Positions 10,471-19,657 of a stretch of DNA of 64,000 nt are shown here, piece by piece. Under the pieces are notes generated by a model, which saw nothing but the letters and a program-made list of their open reading frames with translations, was not told the DNA's origin and did no database searches. Location of the stretch: the NCBI GenBank assembly GCA_039679645.1, contig JBDKUO010000009.1:74324-138323 (forward strand), read 5' to 3'. The stretch comes from Armatimonadota bacterium. Its GTDB lineage: Bacteria > Armatimonadota > UBA5829. Within the stretch, counting starts at the first letter, position 1. Each line of letters begins with the position of its first letter. A program made the position numbers and the translations under genes.

Positions 10471-10510
10471 TACTTCTACATACTTCTACATATTTCTATC
10501 TACTTCCACA
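10471..10510. repeat. Four tandem 10-bp direct repeats (tacttctaca x2, tatttctatc, tacttccaca)
   Basis: Read directly in the sequence at 10471-10510, in the intergenic region between the TA pair and rex. Confidence 0.7.
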
Positions 10511-10624
10511 AAAAGCCGGCAAAACGCGCTATGGCGAGCAAATGGCTAAAGGTGCCGAATCGCAAAGGGTTGGCTGTGTAAAGAATGCCGCCAAGCAAAT
10601 CGTTAAAAAACGCACAAATACCTA

Positions 10625-10676
10625 TTGACAACGCAAAACTGACGTGGAATAATATTGTTAGAATGTTATCGATAAC
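10625..10676 (+). promoter_or_regulatory. Candidate sigma70 promoter for rex-hydCBA with a perfect 12-bp palindrome operator candidate
   Basis: TTGACA at 10625-10630, a 17-nt spacer, then AATAAT at 10648-10653. The perfect palindrome GTTATCGATAAC at 10665-10676 lies about 11 nt downstream of the -10 element. Confidence 0.35.
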
Positions 10677-10732
10677 TATTTATCTATATAGCAAGCCCAC
10701 ACATTGTTCGCTCGAATGCCGGAGGCACACGA

Positions 10733-11392
10733 ATGGAAATTAAAAAGCAAAAAGTTGGCAGCTTGCCCACCATCAGGAGACTGCCGTCCTATCTATACTT
10801 GCTTAAGCAATTTGCCCAAAATGGCCGCGACATCGTTTCCAGTACGCATATCGCCGAAAGTCTGAGACTGGAACCGATTCAGGTCAGGAAGGACCTTGCA
10901 ATCACAGGAATTGAGGGCAAGCCCAAAATCGGCTACCACGTGCCGTCGCTCATCAAGGCCATCGAAGAGTTTCTTGGTTGGGACACTCATAAGGAAGTCT
11001 TTCTTGTTGGGGCAGGCAACCTCGGCAGCGCACTGCTGGGCTATAAAGGCTTTGAGCAGCACGGTATGAAGATTATTGCAGCGTTTGACTGCGACAAATC
11101 CAAAATCGGCACGCAAATCCACCAAAAAGATGTTTTGCCGCTGGAAAAGCTGTCTGATCTTGCTCGCAGATTGAATGTAAAGCTGGGCATCATCACCGTC
11201 CCCGCCGAAGCTGCTCAGCATGTCGCCAGCGTGATGATTTCGGGCGGGATCGAAGCAATCTGGAACTTCTCACCGGTAAGGCTGGAAGTGCCTGAAGGCG
11301 TAGTCGTGCAGAATGAAGACCTTTCATCAGGCCTGGCCGTCCTCTCGGTCAAGTCGTCAAAAATACCGGACATTGAACTGCCCAATTGTTAA
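10733..11392 (+). CDS. rex: Redox-sensing transcriptional repressor Rex
   Basis: LPTIRRLPSYLYLLKQFAQNGRDIVSSTHIAE... is the winged-helix region, and VFLVGAGNLGSALLGY is a Rossmann NADH-binding motif. The gene lies directly upstream of hydrogenase genes. Confidence 0.85.
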   Translation: MEIKKQKVGSLPTIRRLPSYLYLLKQFAQNGRDIVSSTHIAESLRLEPIQVRKDLAITGIEGKPKIGYHVPSLIKAIEEFLGWDTHKEVFLVGAGNLGSALLGYKGFEQHGMKIIAAFDCDKSKIGTQIHQKDVLPLEKLSDLARRLNVKLGIITVPAEAAQHVASVMISGGIEAIWNFSPVRLEVPEGVVVQNEDLSSGLAVLSVKSSKIPDIELPNC

Positions 11393-11404
11393 TTCAGGAG
11401 TATA

Positions 11405-11917
11405 GTGATGCCGCAAACACTAGAAAAGACAACAAAGAGACTTCGCCAGTTTAAGAAGGTGTGCGAGATTCTGGATAAGTACGAACGCAATCCCGCAAAA
11501 CTGATCCCGATACTCCAGCTCATACAGGACGAGTATCGCTACCTGCCCGAGGAGGTGCTGACATACATAGCCACCTCGCTCGAACTTCCGCCCGCCAAGG
11601 TTTACGGAGTGGCTACATTCTATGCCCATTTCGCATTGGAACCCAAAGGCAAGTATGTAATCAGGCTCTGCGACGGCACAGCCTGCCATGTAAAGAAGTC
11701 GATCCCGATTCTGGAAGCCCTGCGCGAGCGGCTGGCGCTTTCGGACAAGATCAGGACCACACCGGACATGTTGTTTACGGTCGAGACGGTTTCGTGCCTT
11801 GGCGCGTGCGGGCTGGCTCCGGTAATGGTGATAAACGATGATGTCCACGGCCAGATGACGCCGGAACAGGCTGTTGCGCTCATCGATGAGATAGCTGCGA
11901 AAGAAGGTAAGAAATGA
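11405..11917 (+). CDS. hydC: [FeFe]-hydrogenase gamma subunit (NuoE-like thioredoxin-fold [2Fe-2S] protein)
   Basis: The NuoE/HndA pattern is present: ...IRLCDGTACHVKKS...VETVSCLGACGLAPVM.... Confidence 0.85.
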   Translation: MMPQTLEKTTKRLRQFKKVCEILDKYERNPAKLIPILQLIQDEYRYLPEEVLTYIATSLELPPAKVYGVATFYAHFALEPKGKYVIRLCDGTACHVKKSIPILEALRERLALSDKIRTTPDMLFTVETVSCLGACGLAPVMVINDDVHGQMTPEQAVALIDEIAAKEGKK

Positions 11918-13845
11918 TCGCTGAACTGGAAAAAGTGGCGAGCGAGTATGGTGACGCCGCCGGACGGGTCTCAAAGCGGATTATCATATGCGCAGGAACG
12001 GGGTGTGTGGCTAACGGCTCGCTTAAAGTATATGCTGAGTTTGTAAAAAGAATAAAAGATGCCGGTCTCGATATTGTGACCGAGCTAAAAGCCGAAGGGA
12101 CAGGTGATGACTGTAACCACCCTACTCTCCTTCAGGAGTCATCATCTGCTCCCATTCGGCTTTCTAAAAGCGGCTGCCAGGGCTTTTGCCAGATGGGACC
12201 GCTGGTAACAGTTGAGCCGGAAGGAATTTTTTATACAAAGGTCAAGCCGGAAGATGTGGCCGAGATCGTTCAGACGACTCTCATTGACGGCAAGGTCGTG
12301 GAACGGCTGCTCTACTGCGATCCTGTAAGCGGCAAACAATGCACCGGCACAGCGGAGATTCCTTTTTATCAGAGGCAATCGAGAACGGTTTTGAAGTCAT
12401 GCGGCATTATCGACCCTGAAGACATTCGAGAATACATACACAACGGCGGGTATGCGGCGGCAAAAAGAGCTTATACCGAGATGACCCCGGAGATGGTCTG
12501 TGAAGAAATGCTCTATTCGGGTCTGAGAGGACGCGGAGGCGGCGGATTCCCCACAGGCAAGAAGTGGGAGCTTACACGCGTGCAGCCCGGGCCTAAGAAA
12601 TATGTCATCTGCAACGGCGACGAAGGCGACCCGGGGGCATTTATGGACCGCAGTGTTATGGAAGGCAATCCGCACTCGGTAATTGAAGGAATGATGATCG
12701 CTGCCCGTGCTATAGGCGCCGATGAAGGGTATGTCTACGTAAGACTCGAGTATCCGCTGGCTGTAGCGCGAATACGACGGGCAGTAGCGGACGCTGAGGC
12801 TATAGGAGTGCTTGGCGACAACATTTTCGGGTCCGGCCAAGGCTTCAGAGTAAGCGTAATGGAAGGCGCTGGGGCGTTTGTCTGCGGTGAGGAGACTGCT
12901 TTGATCGCCTCGATTGAGGGGCAGCGCGGAATGCCTATGCCGAAACCACCGTTTCCGGCTCAGTCGGGTCTCTGGGGCAAACCGACGGTCATTAATAATG
13001 TTGAGACTCTCGCGTCGGTACCTATTGTTATTGGAAAAGGCGCAGCCGAGTTCAGACAGCGCGGAACGGAAACTTCTCCAGGCACAAAGACATTCGCACT
13101 GACCGGGCATGTGGCCAATACGGGTCTTATAGAGGTGCCGTTTGGGACTACACTGCGCGAGGTCGTATACAATATCGGCGGCGGAATAACAGATGATCGG
13201 GGCAAAGTTACCGGCGAAGGCTTTAAGGCAGTGCAGATAGGCGGGCCATCGGGCGGATGTCTGACTGAGGACCATCTCGACCTGCCTCTTGACTTCGACT
13301 CCCTAAAGGGAGTGGGCGCAATGGTGGGCTCCGGCGGGCTTGTCGTTATGAACAAGCAGACCTGTATGGTCAGGATCGCCCGGTTCTTCATGCAGTTTAC
13401 TCAGAATGAATCGTGCGGAAAGTGCGTGCTTTGCCGCGAGGGAACCAAGCAGATGCTTGCGCTTCTTGATGACATTATGGAAGGCAACGGCACAGAGAAG
13501 ACGCTGGAGACACTCGAACGCACAGCCAGGGCCGTTCAGAAGGGCTCGCTCTGCGGGTTGGGAAAGACCGCTCCAAACCCGATTTTATCCACTTTGAAGT
13601 ATTTCAGAGCCGAATACGAGGCTCATGTATATCAGAAGCGCTGCCCCGCAGGTGAGTGCAAGGCGCTTTCAAAACCGACAATCGACCCGGAGAAGTGTAA
13701 AGGCTGCACATTGTGTGCAAAGAAGTGCCCCGTTGGAGCTATCACAGGCGAGCTCAAAAAGCCCCATGTGATCAATCCCGATGTCTGCATCAAGTGCGGA
13801 GCCTGTGCTGAAGCGTGCAGGTTCAAGGCTGTCAGTGGAGTGTAA
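11914..13845 (+). CDS. hydB: [FeFe]-hydrogenase beta subunit (NuoF-like NAD(P)H-binding flavoprotein with extra Fe-S domains)
   Basis: NuoF motifs are present: GLRGRGGGGFPTGKKWE, the FMN/NADH-binding region and a SLBB segment. There is an N-terminal [2Fe-2S] domain and a C-terminal 2x[4Fe-4S] ferredoxin domain (CKGCTLCAKKCP...CIKCGACAEAC). The gene overlaps hydC by 4 nt. Confidence 0.9.
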   Translation: MIAELEKVASEYGDAAGRVSKRIIICAGTGCVANGSLKVYAEFVKRIKDAGLDIVTELKAEGTGDDCNHPTLLQESSSAPIRLSKSGCQGFCQMGPLVTVEPEGIFYTKVKPEDVAEIVQTTLIDGKVVERLLYCDPVSGKQCTGTAEIPFYQRQSRTVLKSCGIIDPEDIREYIHNGGYAAAKRAYTEMTPEMVCEEMLYSGLRGRGGGGFPTGKKWELTRVQPGPKKYVICNGDEGDPGAFMDRSVMEGNPHSVIEGMMIAARAIGADEGYVYVRLEYPLAVARIRRAVADAEAIGVLGDNIFGSGQGFRVSVMEGAGAFVCGEETALIASIEGQRGMPMPKPPFPAQSGLWGKPTVINNVETLASVPIVIGKGAAEFRQRGTETSPGTKTFALTGHVANTGLIEVPFGTTLREVVYNIGGGITDDRGKVTGEGFKAVQIGGPSGGCLTEDHLDLPLDFDSLKGVGAMVGSGGLVVMNKQTCMVRIARFFMQFTQNESCGKCVLCREGTKQMLALLDDIMEGNGTEKTLETLERTARAVQKGSLCGLGKTAPNPILSTLKYFRAEYEAHVYQKRCPAGECKALSKPTIDPEKCKGCTLCAKKCPVGAITGELKKPHVINPDVCIKCGACAEACRFKAVSGV

Positions 13846-13851
13846 AGAATT

Positions 13852-15870
13852 ATGACAAACGATTTTGTTACTATAGACGGAAGAGAAATTCCTATTGAGG
13901 GCGAACGCAATCTCCTGGAAGTGGCGCGCAAGGCCGGTATAGACATTCCGACTTTTTGCTACCACTCGGACTTGAGCGTATACGGCGCATGCAGGTTGTG
14001 TCTGGTCGAGCTGGAGGGACGGGGTATCGTCACATCATGCTCCACGGCTCCCGCGCCGGGCATGAAAGTAAAGACCAACACAGAAGAAATTCGTGAGATA
14101 CGCAAAATCGCAGTCGAGCTGCTGCTGGCAAACCACGACCAGAGCTGCCCGACCTGTCCCAAGAGCGCTTCCTGCCAGCTCCAGAACCTGGCTCGCAGGC
14201 TCGGCGTCGAGGAAGTGCGCTATAAGATGACTCATAAGCCGGTGCCGGTAGACCGGACCAGCCCGTCGATTGTCCGTGACCCGAACAAGTGCATTCTCTG
14301 CGGCGACTGCGTCCGGGCATGCAATGAGATCCAGAGCATCGGCGCTATTGACTTCGTTGGCCGCGGCTCCAACAGCGCAGTGCTTCCCGCGTTCGGCAAA
14401 GACCTGAACCAGGTGGAATGCGTATACTGCGGATTGTGCGCCAGCGTATGCCCGACTGGTGCCCTGACTCCTAAATCCGAAGTCGAAGATGTATGGAAAG
14501 ACTTGGATAACACTAAAAAGACCGTTGTTGCACAGATTGCTCCGGCGGTGCGGGTCGCCCTTGGCGAGCAGTTCGGACTGGAACCTGGAACGATCACGAC
14601 GGGCCAGATCGCCGCAGCCCTGAAATCCATGGGATTCGACAAGGTCTACGACACTTCTTTCGCGGCTGACCTGACAGTTGTCGAAGAAGCGACTGAGTTT
14701 ATAGAACGGAAGACCAAAGGCGAAGACCTGCCGCAGTTCACGAGCTGCTGCCCGAGTTGGGTAAAGTTTGCCGAGCAGTATTACCCGGAACTGCTGCCGA
14801 ATCTGTCAAGCTGCAGGTCGCCGCAGCAGATGTTTGGTTCGCTCGCCAAAGAAACACTGCCGGGTCAGCTTGGAATTGCGCTGGAAGATCTGGTAGTCGT
14901 CTCTATCATGCCGTGCACGGCCAAGAAGTTCGAGGCCAAACGAGCCGAGTTCAAGCATGGCGATGTTCCTGATGTAGACCATGTAATCACCACCCAGGAA
15001 CTGGCGAGAATGATCGAGGAGAGCGGCCTGAGGTTCAATAAGCTCGAACCTGAGTCGCTGGATATGCCGTTTGGGTTCAAGACCGGCGCCGGGGTTATCT
15101 TTGGAGCGACCGGTGGAGTGACTGAGGCCGTGCTGCGGTTCGCAGCAGAAAAACTCAGCGGCACGCAGCTCGGATCTGTCGATTTCAAGGCTGTTCGCGG
15201 CAAAGAGGGGATCCGAGAGGCAACAATAAATGTCGGCGACATCGAGTTGAAGCTTGCAGTAGTCCACGGACTTGCAAACGCCAGAAAGATTGCCGAAAAG
15301 GTCAAAGCGGGCGAGTGCGACTACGATCTGATCGAAGTCATGACATGCCCCGGCGGGTGCATTGGTGGAGCGGGCCAGCCCATCTCTCGCGATCCGGAGA
15401 CCAAGAAACTGCGCTCTCGCGGCCTGTATGATTCAGACAAGATGCTGGAGTTCCACAAATCCCAGGAAAACTATATGGTCACAGAGTGCTACTCGAACTG
15501 CCTGGGCAAAGTCGGCGGCAAAAAGGCGCATAATCTGCTGCACACAGGATATCGCAGTCGCAAACGAATAAAAGACAGCGACCTCGATCTCTTGAGCGGC
15601 ACGGACAAAGAGAAACTCTCGATAAGCGTGTGCGCAGGCACAAGCTGCATGGTGCGCGGTTCACAGCAGCTTCTGCGCGAGTTGATCGATGTGATCGAGC
15701 AGCGCGGACTACAGAACGCCGTAGACGTGAAAGCGACTTTCTGCTTCGAAGCGTGCGACCGTGGCCCGACTATCTCAGTCGGCGACACCGTGATACATAA
15801 GTGCACTATCGAGAAAGCCGTAAAGGCGTTGGACAAGGAACTTGAGCGCTTAATGCAGAAGTGCCAGTGA
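13852..15870 (+). CDS. hydA: [FeFe]-hydrogenase catalytic alpha subunit with a C-terminal thioredoxin-like [2Fe-2S] extension
   Basis: The H-cluster motifs are present: L1 FTSCCPSWV, L2 IMPCTAKKFE and L3 EVMTCPGGCIGGAGQP. There are N-terminal 2Fe-2S and 4Fe-4S ferredoxin domains. The C-terminal NuoE-like domain (SISVCAGTSCMVRGSQ...CFEACDRGP) is of the Thermotoga HydA type. Confidence 0.9.
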   Translation: MTNDFVTIDGREIPIEGERNLLEVARKAGIDIPTFCYHSDLSVYGACRLCLVELEGRGIVTSCSTAPAPGMKVKTNTEEIREIRKIAVELLLANHDQSCPTCPKSASCQLQNLARRLGVEEVRYKMTHKPVPVDRTSPSIVRDPNKCILCGDCVRACNEIQSIGAIDFVGRGSNSAVLPAFGKDLNQVECVYCGLCASVCPTGALTPKSEVEDVWKDLDNTKKTVVAQIAPAVRVALGEQFGLEPGTITTGQIAAALKSMGFDKVYDTSFAADLTVVEEATEFIERKTKGEDLPQFTSCCPSWVKFAEQYYPELLPNLSSCRSPQQMFGSLAKETLPGQLGIALEDLVVVSIMPCTAKKFEAKRAEFKHGDVPDVDHVITTQELARMIEESGLRFNKLEPESLDMPFGFKTGAGVIFGATGGVTEAVLRFAAEKLSGTQLGSVDFKAVRGKEGIREATINVGDIELKLAVVHGLANARKIAEKVKAGECDYDLIEVMTCPGGCIGGAGQPISRDPETKKLRSRGLYDSDKMLEFHKSQENYMVTECYSNCLGKVGGKKAHNLLHTGYRSRKRIKDSDLDLLSGTDKEKLSISVCAGTSCMVRGSQQLLRELIDVIEQRGLQNAVDVKATFCFEACDRGPTISVGDTVIHKCTIEKAVKALDKELERLMQKCQ

Positions 15871-15938
15871 TTGTAGTTTACACCCTATTCGGGATGTGAT
15901 AGACTAGGATTAGACTAGTCGAATTCAGGAGGATCGAT

Positions 15939-16181
15939 ATGGAAACAGTAGGTTCTTATGATGCAAAGACACATCTGCCAGCGCTGCTCGATAGAGTGGC
16001 TAAGGGTGAAAAGATAACAATTACGAAGCATGGCGTACCTGTTGCGATGCTTGTGCCGATGGAACGTACCAAACAGGACGTGAGAGCAGCAATTGAAGCG
16101 ATGAAAGAATTCGGCAAGGGACGTCGTCTGCCCGAGGGGATGTCGATCAGGGACATGATCGAGGAAGGACGAAGATATTGA
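15939..16181 (+). CDS. Phd/YefM-family type II antitoxin
   Basis: METVGSYDAKTHLPALLDRVAKGEKITITKHGVPVAMLVP is the Phd/YefM fold signature. Confidence 0.8.
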   Translation: METVGSYDAKTHLPALLDRVAKGEKITITKHGVPVAMLVPMERTKQDVRAAIEAMKEFGKGRRLPEGMSIRDMIEEGRRY

Positions 16182-16594
16182 GACGCTTTGTGCTGGACTC
16201 TTCGATAACGATGTCGTGGTATTTCGCCGATGAAGCGCACTCTTATGCAAAGGCCATACTGGAACATATGGACGAATCGGAAGCATTTGTTCCGACTATT
16301 TGGCCTATTGAAGTGTGCAACGTTCTGCTTGTCGGCGAAAGACGCGGCAGACAAACTGCCGCAGATGCTGCGCGGTTTCTTGCCGTGCTCAGCGCATTTT
16401 CGATTAATGTGGTTGACTTGATTCAATGGGAAACGCTTGAAGAATTGATTGACGTAGCCCGTAGATGCAATCTCTCAGCATACGACGCTTCATATCTTGA
16501 ACTTGCCATGCGCGAAGGACTGCCTCTGGCAACTCTTGACCAGCGTCTACAGACAGCCGCGGGTGAACTTGGGGTTCAACTCGCCGTAGTATAG
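16178..16594 (+). CDS. vapC: PIN-domain VapC toxin
   Basis: MRRFVLDSSITMSWYFADE... is a PIN N-terminus with the conserved Asp, and ...LSAYDASYLELAM is the PIN C-terminal acidic motif. An ATGA 4-nt overlap links it to the antitoxin gene. Confidence 0.8.
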   Translation: MRRFVLDSSITMSWYFADEAHSYAKAILEHMDESEAFVPTIWPIEVCNVLLVGERRGRQTAADAARFLAVLSAFSINVVDLIQWETLEELIDVARRCNLSAYDASYLELAMREGLPLATLDQRLQTAAGELGVQLAVV

Positions 16595-16604
16595 AAGGCA
16601 CATC

Positions 16605-18377
16605 ATGAGCAACGATCCGAACTCAGGACAAGTCGTGTTTACAAATAAGGCGCATTGTCGTGACTGCTATCGATGCCTGCGCGTATGCCCGGTCAAAGCG
16701 ATCCGCATGGAAAACGGCCAGGCATACGTCGTGCCGGAACGCTGCATCTCATGCGGCACATGCATTCGCGAATGCCCGCAGGGCGCCAAACAGTTCAGGA
16801 ACGATATAGAACGGGCCTCGCGGATAATCGAGTCATCCGAGGTTGTGGCCGCAAGCGTAGCGCCGTCATTTGCCGCCGTCTTCTCCGAACCGGAGCAGAA
16901 ACGTCTGGCGTCGGCGCTGCGTAAGCTCGGCTTTTCATACGTCGGCGAGACGGCCATCGGGGCATATCAGGTTGCTCAGGAGACAACCAGGCTCTGTAAC
17001 TCTCAGCCGGACAAGTCGCATATCTGCACAGCTTGTCCGGCGGTGGTGAGATATGTCGAGCTTTACGAGCCGAACAGGCTTGATGCCCTTACTCCCATTG
17101 TCTCTCCGATGATCGCTCATGCGCGCCACATCAAAAGCAAACTCGGCAAAGACGCAAAGGTCATCTTCATAGGGCCATGCGTCGCGAAGAAGGCTGAGGC
17201 CGACCGTCCGGAAAACAAAAACATCGTCGACTGCGTTCTCACATTCAGCGAACTGATGGACTGGTTCGAGCGTGAAGGAATATCTCTTTCGATGTGTGAG
17301 GAGAGCCACTTTAATGAGGAACCGGAGGGCGACGCGCGCTTCTTCCCTCTCACCGGCGGAAGCATGCGCACAGCCAGCCTAGATACCGATCTTCTGGCTG
17401 CGGATGTGGTCTCTGTGACCGGCATCGGCGATATACGTGAAGCCCTCGCCGACTGCGGTTCGGATAGTCTTCCGCAGGTAATCGAGCCTCTGTTCTGCGA
17501 ACAGGGATGTGTCAATGGCCCTGCCATACCGGCCAAAAGCAGTCTGTTCAGAAGACGCCGCGACGTAATCGAATATGCCACCGACCATCCCGGCCTGCAC
17601 ACACCCGGCGATGAAACCGTACATACAGACCTGACTGCACGGTTCAGACCAAATGCATCTTTTGATGATGAGGTCACCGAAGAGCAGATCCGCGAAGTGC
17701 TGGAAAAGACAGGCAAAGCCTCCCCCGAAAATCAGCTCAACTGCGGCGCATGCGGGTATTCATCCTGCAGAGAAAAGGCCGCTGCGGTAGTTCGCGGGAT
17801 GGCGGAGCTTGAGATGTGTATACCATACATGAAGCGTCTGGCCGAACAGCGCACAGACAAGATCATTGAGACCAGCCCCAACGGCATTGTGATCCTGGAC
17901 GAGCGGCTATCGATCATCCATATGAACCCGGCGTTCAGGAAGTTCTTCATGTGCTCGGAGGCGGTATTGGGTCGCCCGATATCGTATCTCATGGACCCCG
18001 ATCCGTTCGAGAAGCTGGCATCAGGGAAGGTGGGACTGATAACGACCATTGTCCGGCACGACCGTTACAATCTCCACTGTCATGAAATACTTTACGCGCT
18101 TCCGGAAGAAAAGCAGTATGTCGGGATTTTTGTGGATATAACCGGCAGCAGCGTAAGCAAGGAAAAACTCGACCATCTGCGCGCGCAGACCGTGACCCAG
18201 GCGCGTGAACTGCTGGAACATCAGATCAACATGGCTCAGACTATAGCAAAATTCCTCGGCGAGAGCACCGGCCAGGGCGAAGCTCTGCTGGAGAAACTGA
18301 TAGAGATCGCGGGCGATGAGTCAGGCGAGGGCAAAGGGACCAACGAATGGCTGAAGGATACATACACGTCGAAGTAG
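16605..18377 (+). CDS. hydS: Sensory [FeFe]-hydrogenase (HydS/HfsB-like): N-terminal 4Fe-4S domain, H-cluster domain and C-terminal PAS domain
   Basis: The 2x[4Fe-4S] region is CRDCYRCLRVCP...CISCGTCIRECP. The H-domain has a degenerate L1, HICTACPAV, in which the proton-relay Cys is replaced by Ala. L2 is IFIGPCVAKKAE and L3 is FCEQGCVNGP. A C-terminal PAS-like region follows (...IVILDERLSIIHMNPAFRKFF...). Confidence 0.75.
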   Translation: MSNDPNSGQVVFTNKAHCRDCYRCLRVCPVKAIRMENGQAYVVPERCISCGTCIRECPQGAKQFRNDIERASRIIESSEVVAASVAPSFAAVFSEPEQKRLASALRKLGFSYVGETAIGAYQVAQETTRLCNSQPDKSHICTACPAVVRYVELYEPNRLDALTPIVSPMIAHARHIKSKLGKDAKVIFIGPCVAKKAEADRPENKNIVDCVLTFSELMDWFEREGISLSMCEESHFNEEPEGDARFFPLTGGSMRTASLDTDLLAADVVSVTGIGDIREALADCGSDSLPQVIEPLFCEQGCVNGPAIPAKSSLFRRRRDVIEYATDHPGLHTPGDETVHTDLTARFRPNASFDDEVTEEQIREVLEKTGKASPENQLNCGACGYSSCREKAAAVVRGMAELEMCIPYMKRLAEQRTDKIIETSPNGIVILDERLSIIHMNPAFRKFFMCSEAVLGRPISYLMDPDPFEKLASGKVGLITTIVRHDRYNLHCHEILYALPEEKQYVGIFVDITGSSVSKEKLDHLRAQTVTQARELLEHQINMAQTIAKFLGESTGQGEALLEKLIEIAGDESGEGKGTNEWLKDTYTSK

Positions 18378-19501
18378 ATACTCAGCAGGTCTCCAAACGT
18401 CCGGGCGACGTCTGCGGGGATGTGGTAGCCTACGAGCGGACGCCATCATCGTGCATGATAGTCGTCAGTGACGGTATGGGGCATGGCATAAAGGCTCATA
18501 TCGCTGCCCAGATGTGCGTCTCACGCGTGCTGGAACTGCTGCGGCAGGGAATATCGCTCCGCAAGGCGTTCTCGAGCCTGGTAAACACTCTGGAGCAAGC
18601 AAAAGGCACCGACCTGCCGTACGCGGTATTTACCGTCGCGCGCATACTCAATGACGGCGTAACCACTGTTCTCTCCTACGAAATGCCGCCCCCCATATTT
18701 GTTACACGGCGATACTCACAAGTCCTGCGCCGTCGAACCACCATGGAAGGGCATTCACTGGTCGGTGAGGCAAACTGCCACCTTTCAACTGATGAAGGCA
18801 TATTGATCGTTACAGACGGTATCACCCAGGCAGGACTGGGCATGGGGCTGCCTAACGGCTGGACTGTCGACGGAACAAGCCAGTATATAAGTGACTGCTT
18901 AAGTGCCGGTGCATCGCTAATGGGTGTGCCCGGCTGCGTCTTGAACCGCGCGAGAGAACTGTGGAATGCCGGATTGGGTGACGACTGCACGGTCGCGCTG
19001 GCATCGTGCCGAAAAGGGCGCACTGTAAACATCCTTACAGGGCCCCCATCGAATAACAAAAAGGATCATGAAGTTATTCAGCGATTCATGATGATGGATG
19101 GAGTCAAAGTCGTATGTGGAGGAACCACGGCGCAGATTGTTGCAAAGGCTTTAGGCAAACCGCTGCTTATGGAGCCCAACCCGCAGAGCATGCTCGCGCC
19201 TCCTCGCCATATCATAGATGGGATTGATCTTGTGTCTGAGGGAGCCGTCACCCTTAATCAGGTCTATAACGTACTCGACGAAGACTACAAAGTCTTTGAT
19301 GAGGAGAGCGGTGTAACTCAGCTTCACCGGTATCTTCGTGAGGCCGACCGCATCAACATAATGCTTGGCGGCGCAATAAACCCTGCCACGACGGACATCA
19401 GCTTCCGCCAGAAGGGCATCCTCACGAGGCAAACCATCATCCCCCTGATCGCCGAAAAGCTCAAAGACGCAGGCAAACTCGTAGTTATCGAACGCATCTA
19501 G
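18347..19501 (+). CDS. SpoIIE/PP2C-family serine phosphatase (HfsC-like), overlapping the 3' end of hydS
   Basis: ...GDVCGDVVAYERTPSSCMIVVSDGMGHGIKAHIAAQM... is a PPM/SpoIIE catalytic core, and ...GILIVTDGITQA follows it. It overlaps hydS by 31 nt. Confidence 0.7.
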   Translation: MAEGYIHVEVDTQQVSKRPGDVCGDVVAYERTPSSCMIVVSDGMGHGIKAHIAAQMCVSRVLELLRQGISLRKAFSSLVNTLEQAKGTDLPYAVFTVARILNDGVTTVLSYEMPPPIFVTRRYSQVLRRRTTMEGHSLVGEANCHLSTDEGILIVTDGITQAGLGMGLPNGWTVDGTSQYISDCLSAGASLMGVPGCVLNRARELWNAGLGDDCTVALASCRKGRTVNILTGPPSNNKKDHEVIQRFMMMDGVKVVCGGTTAQIVAKALGKPLLMEPNPQSMLAPPRHIIDGIDLVSEGAVTLNQVYNVLDEDYKVFDEESGVTQLHRYLREADRINIMLGGAINPATTDISFRQKGILTRQTIIPLIAEKLKDAGKLVVIERI

Positions 19502-19657
19502 CCGCAGCTCACCCGATTGCTTTTTTTACTGCACACACTGCCCCAGTAGCGGGCTGTATCTTCGCTTGTTCGAAGCTCTCGGATGACCGCTTCGATTCAT
19601 GATTTATGGTGGATTTTGTGATCTCTTCGGAATCACCGATGTGGACAAAATTGAGAG

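Noticed and set aside
18347-18377. The 31-nt hydS/PP2C overlap as evidence of a frameshifted single gene
   Set aside because: Both frames have independent, complete domain architectures (PAS end; SpoIIE N-terminus with GDVCGD). A plausible start codon is present. Overlapping starts are common in tightly coupled operons.
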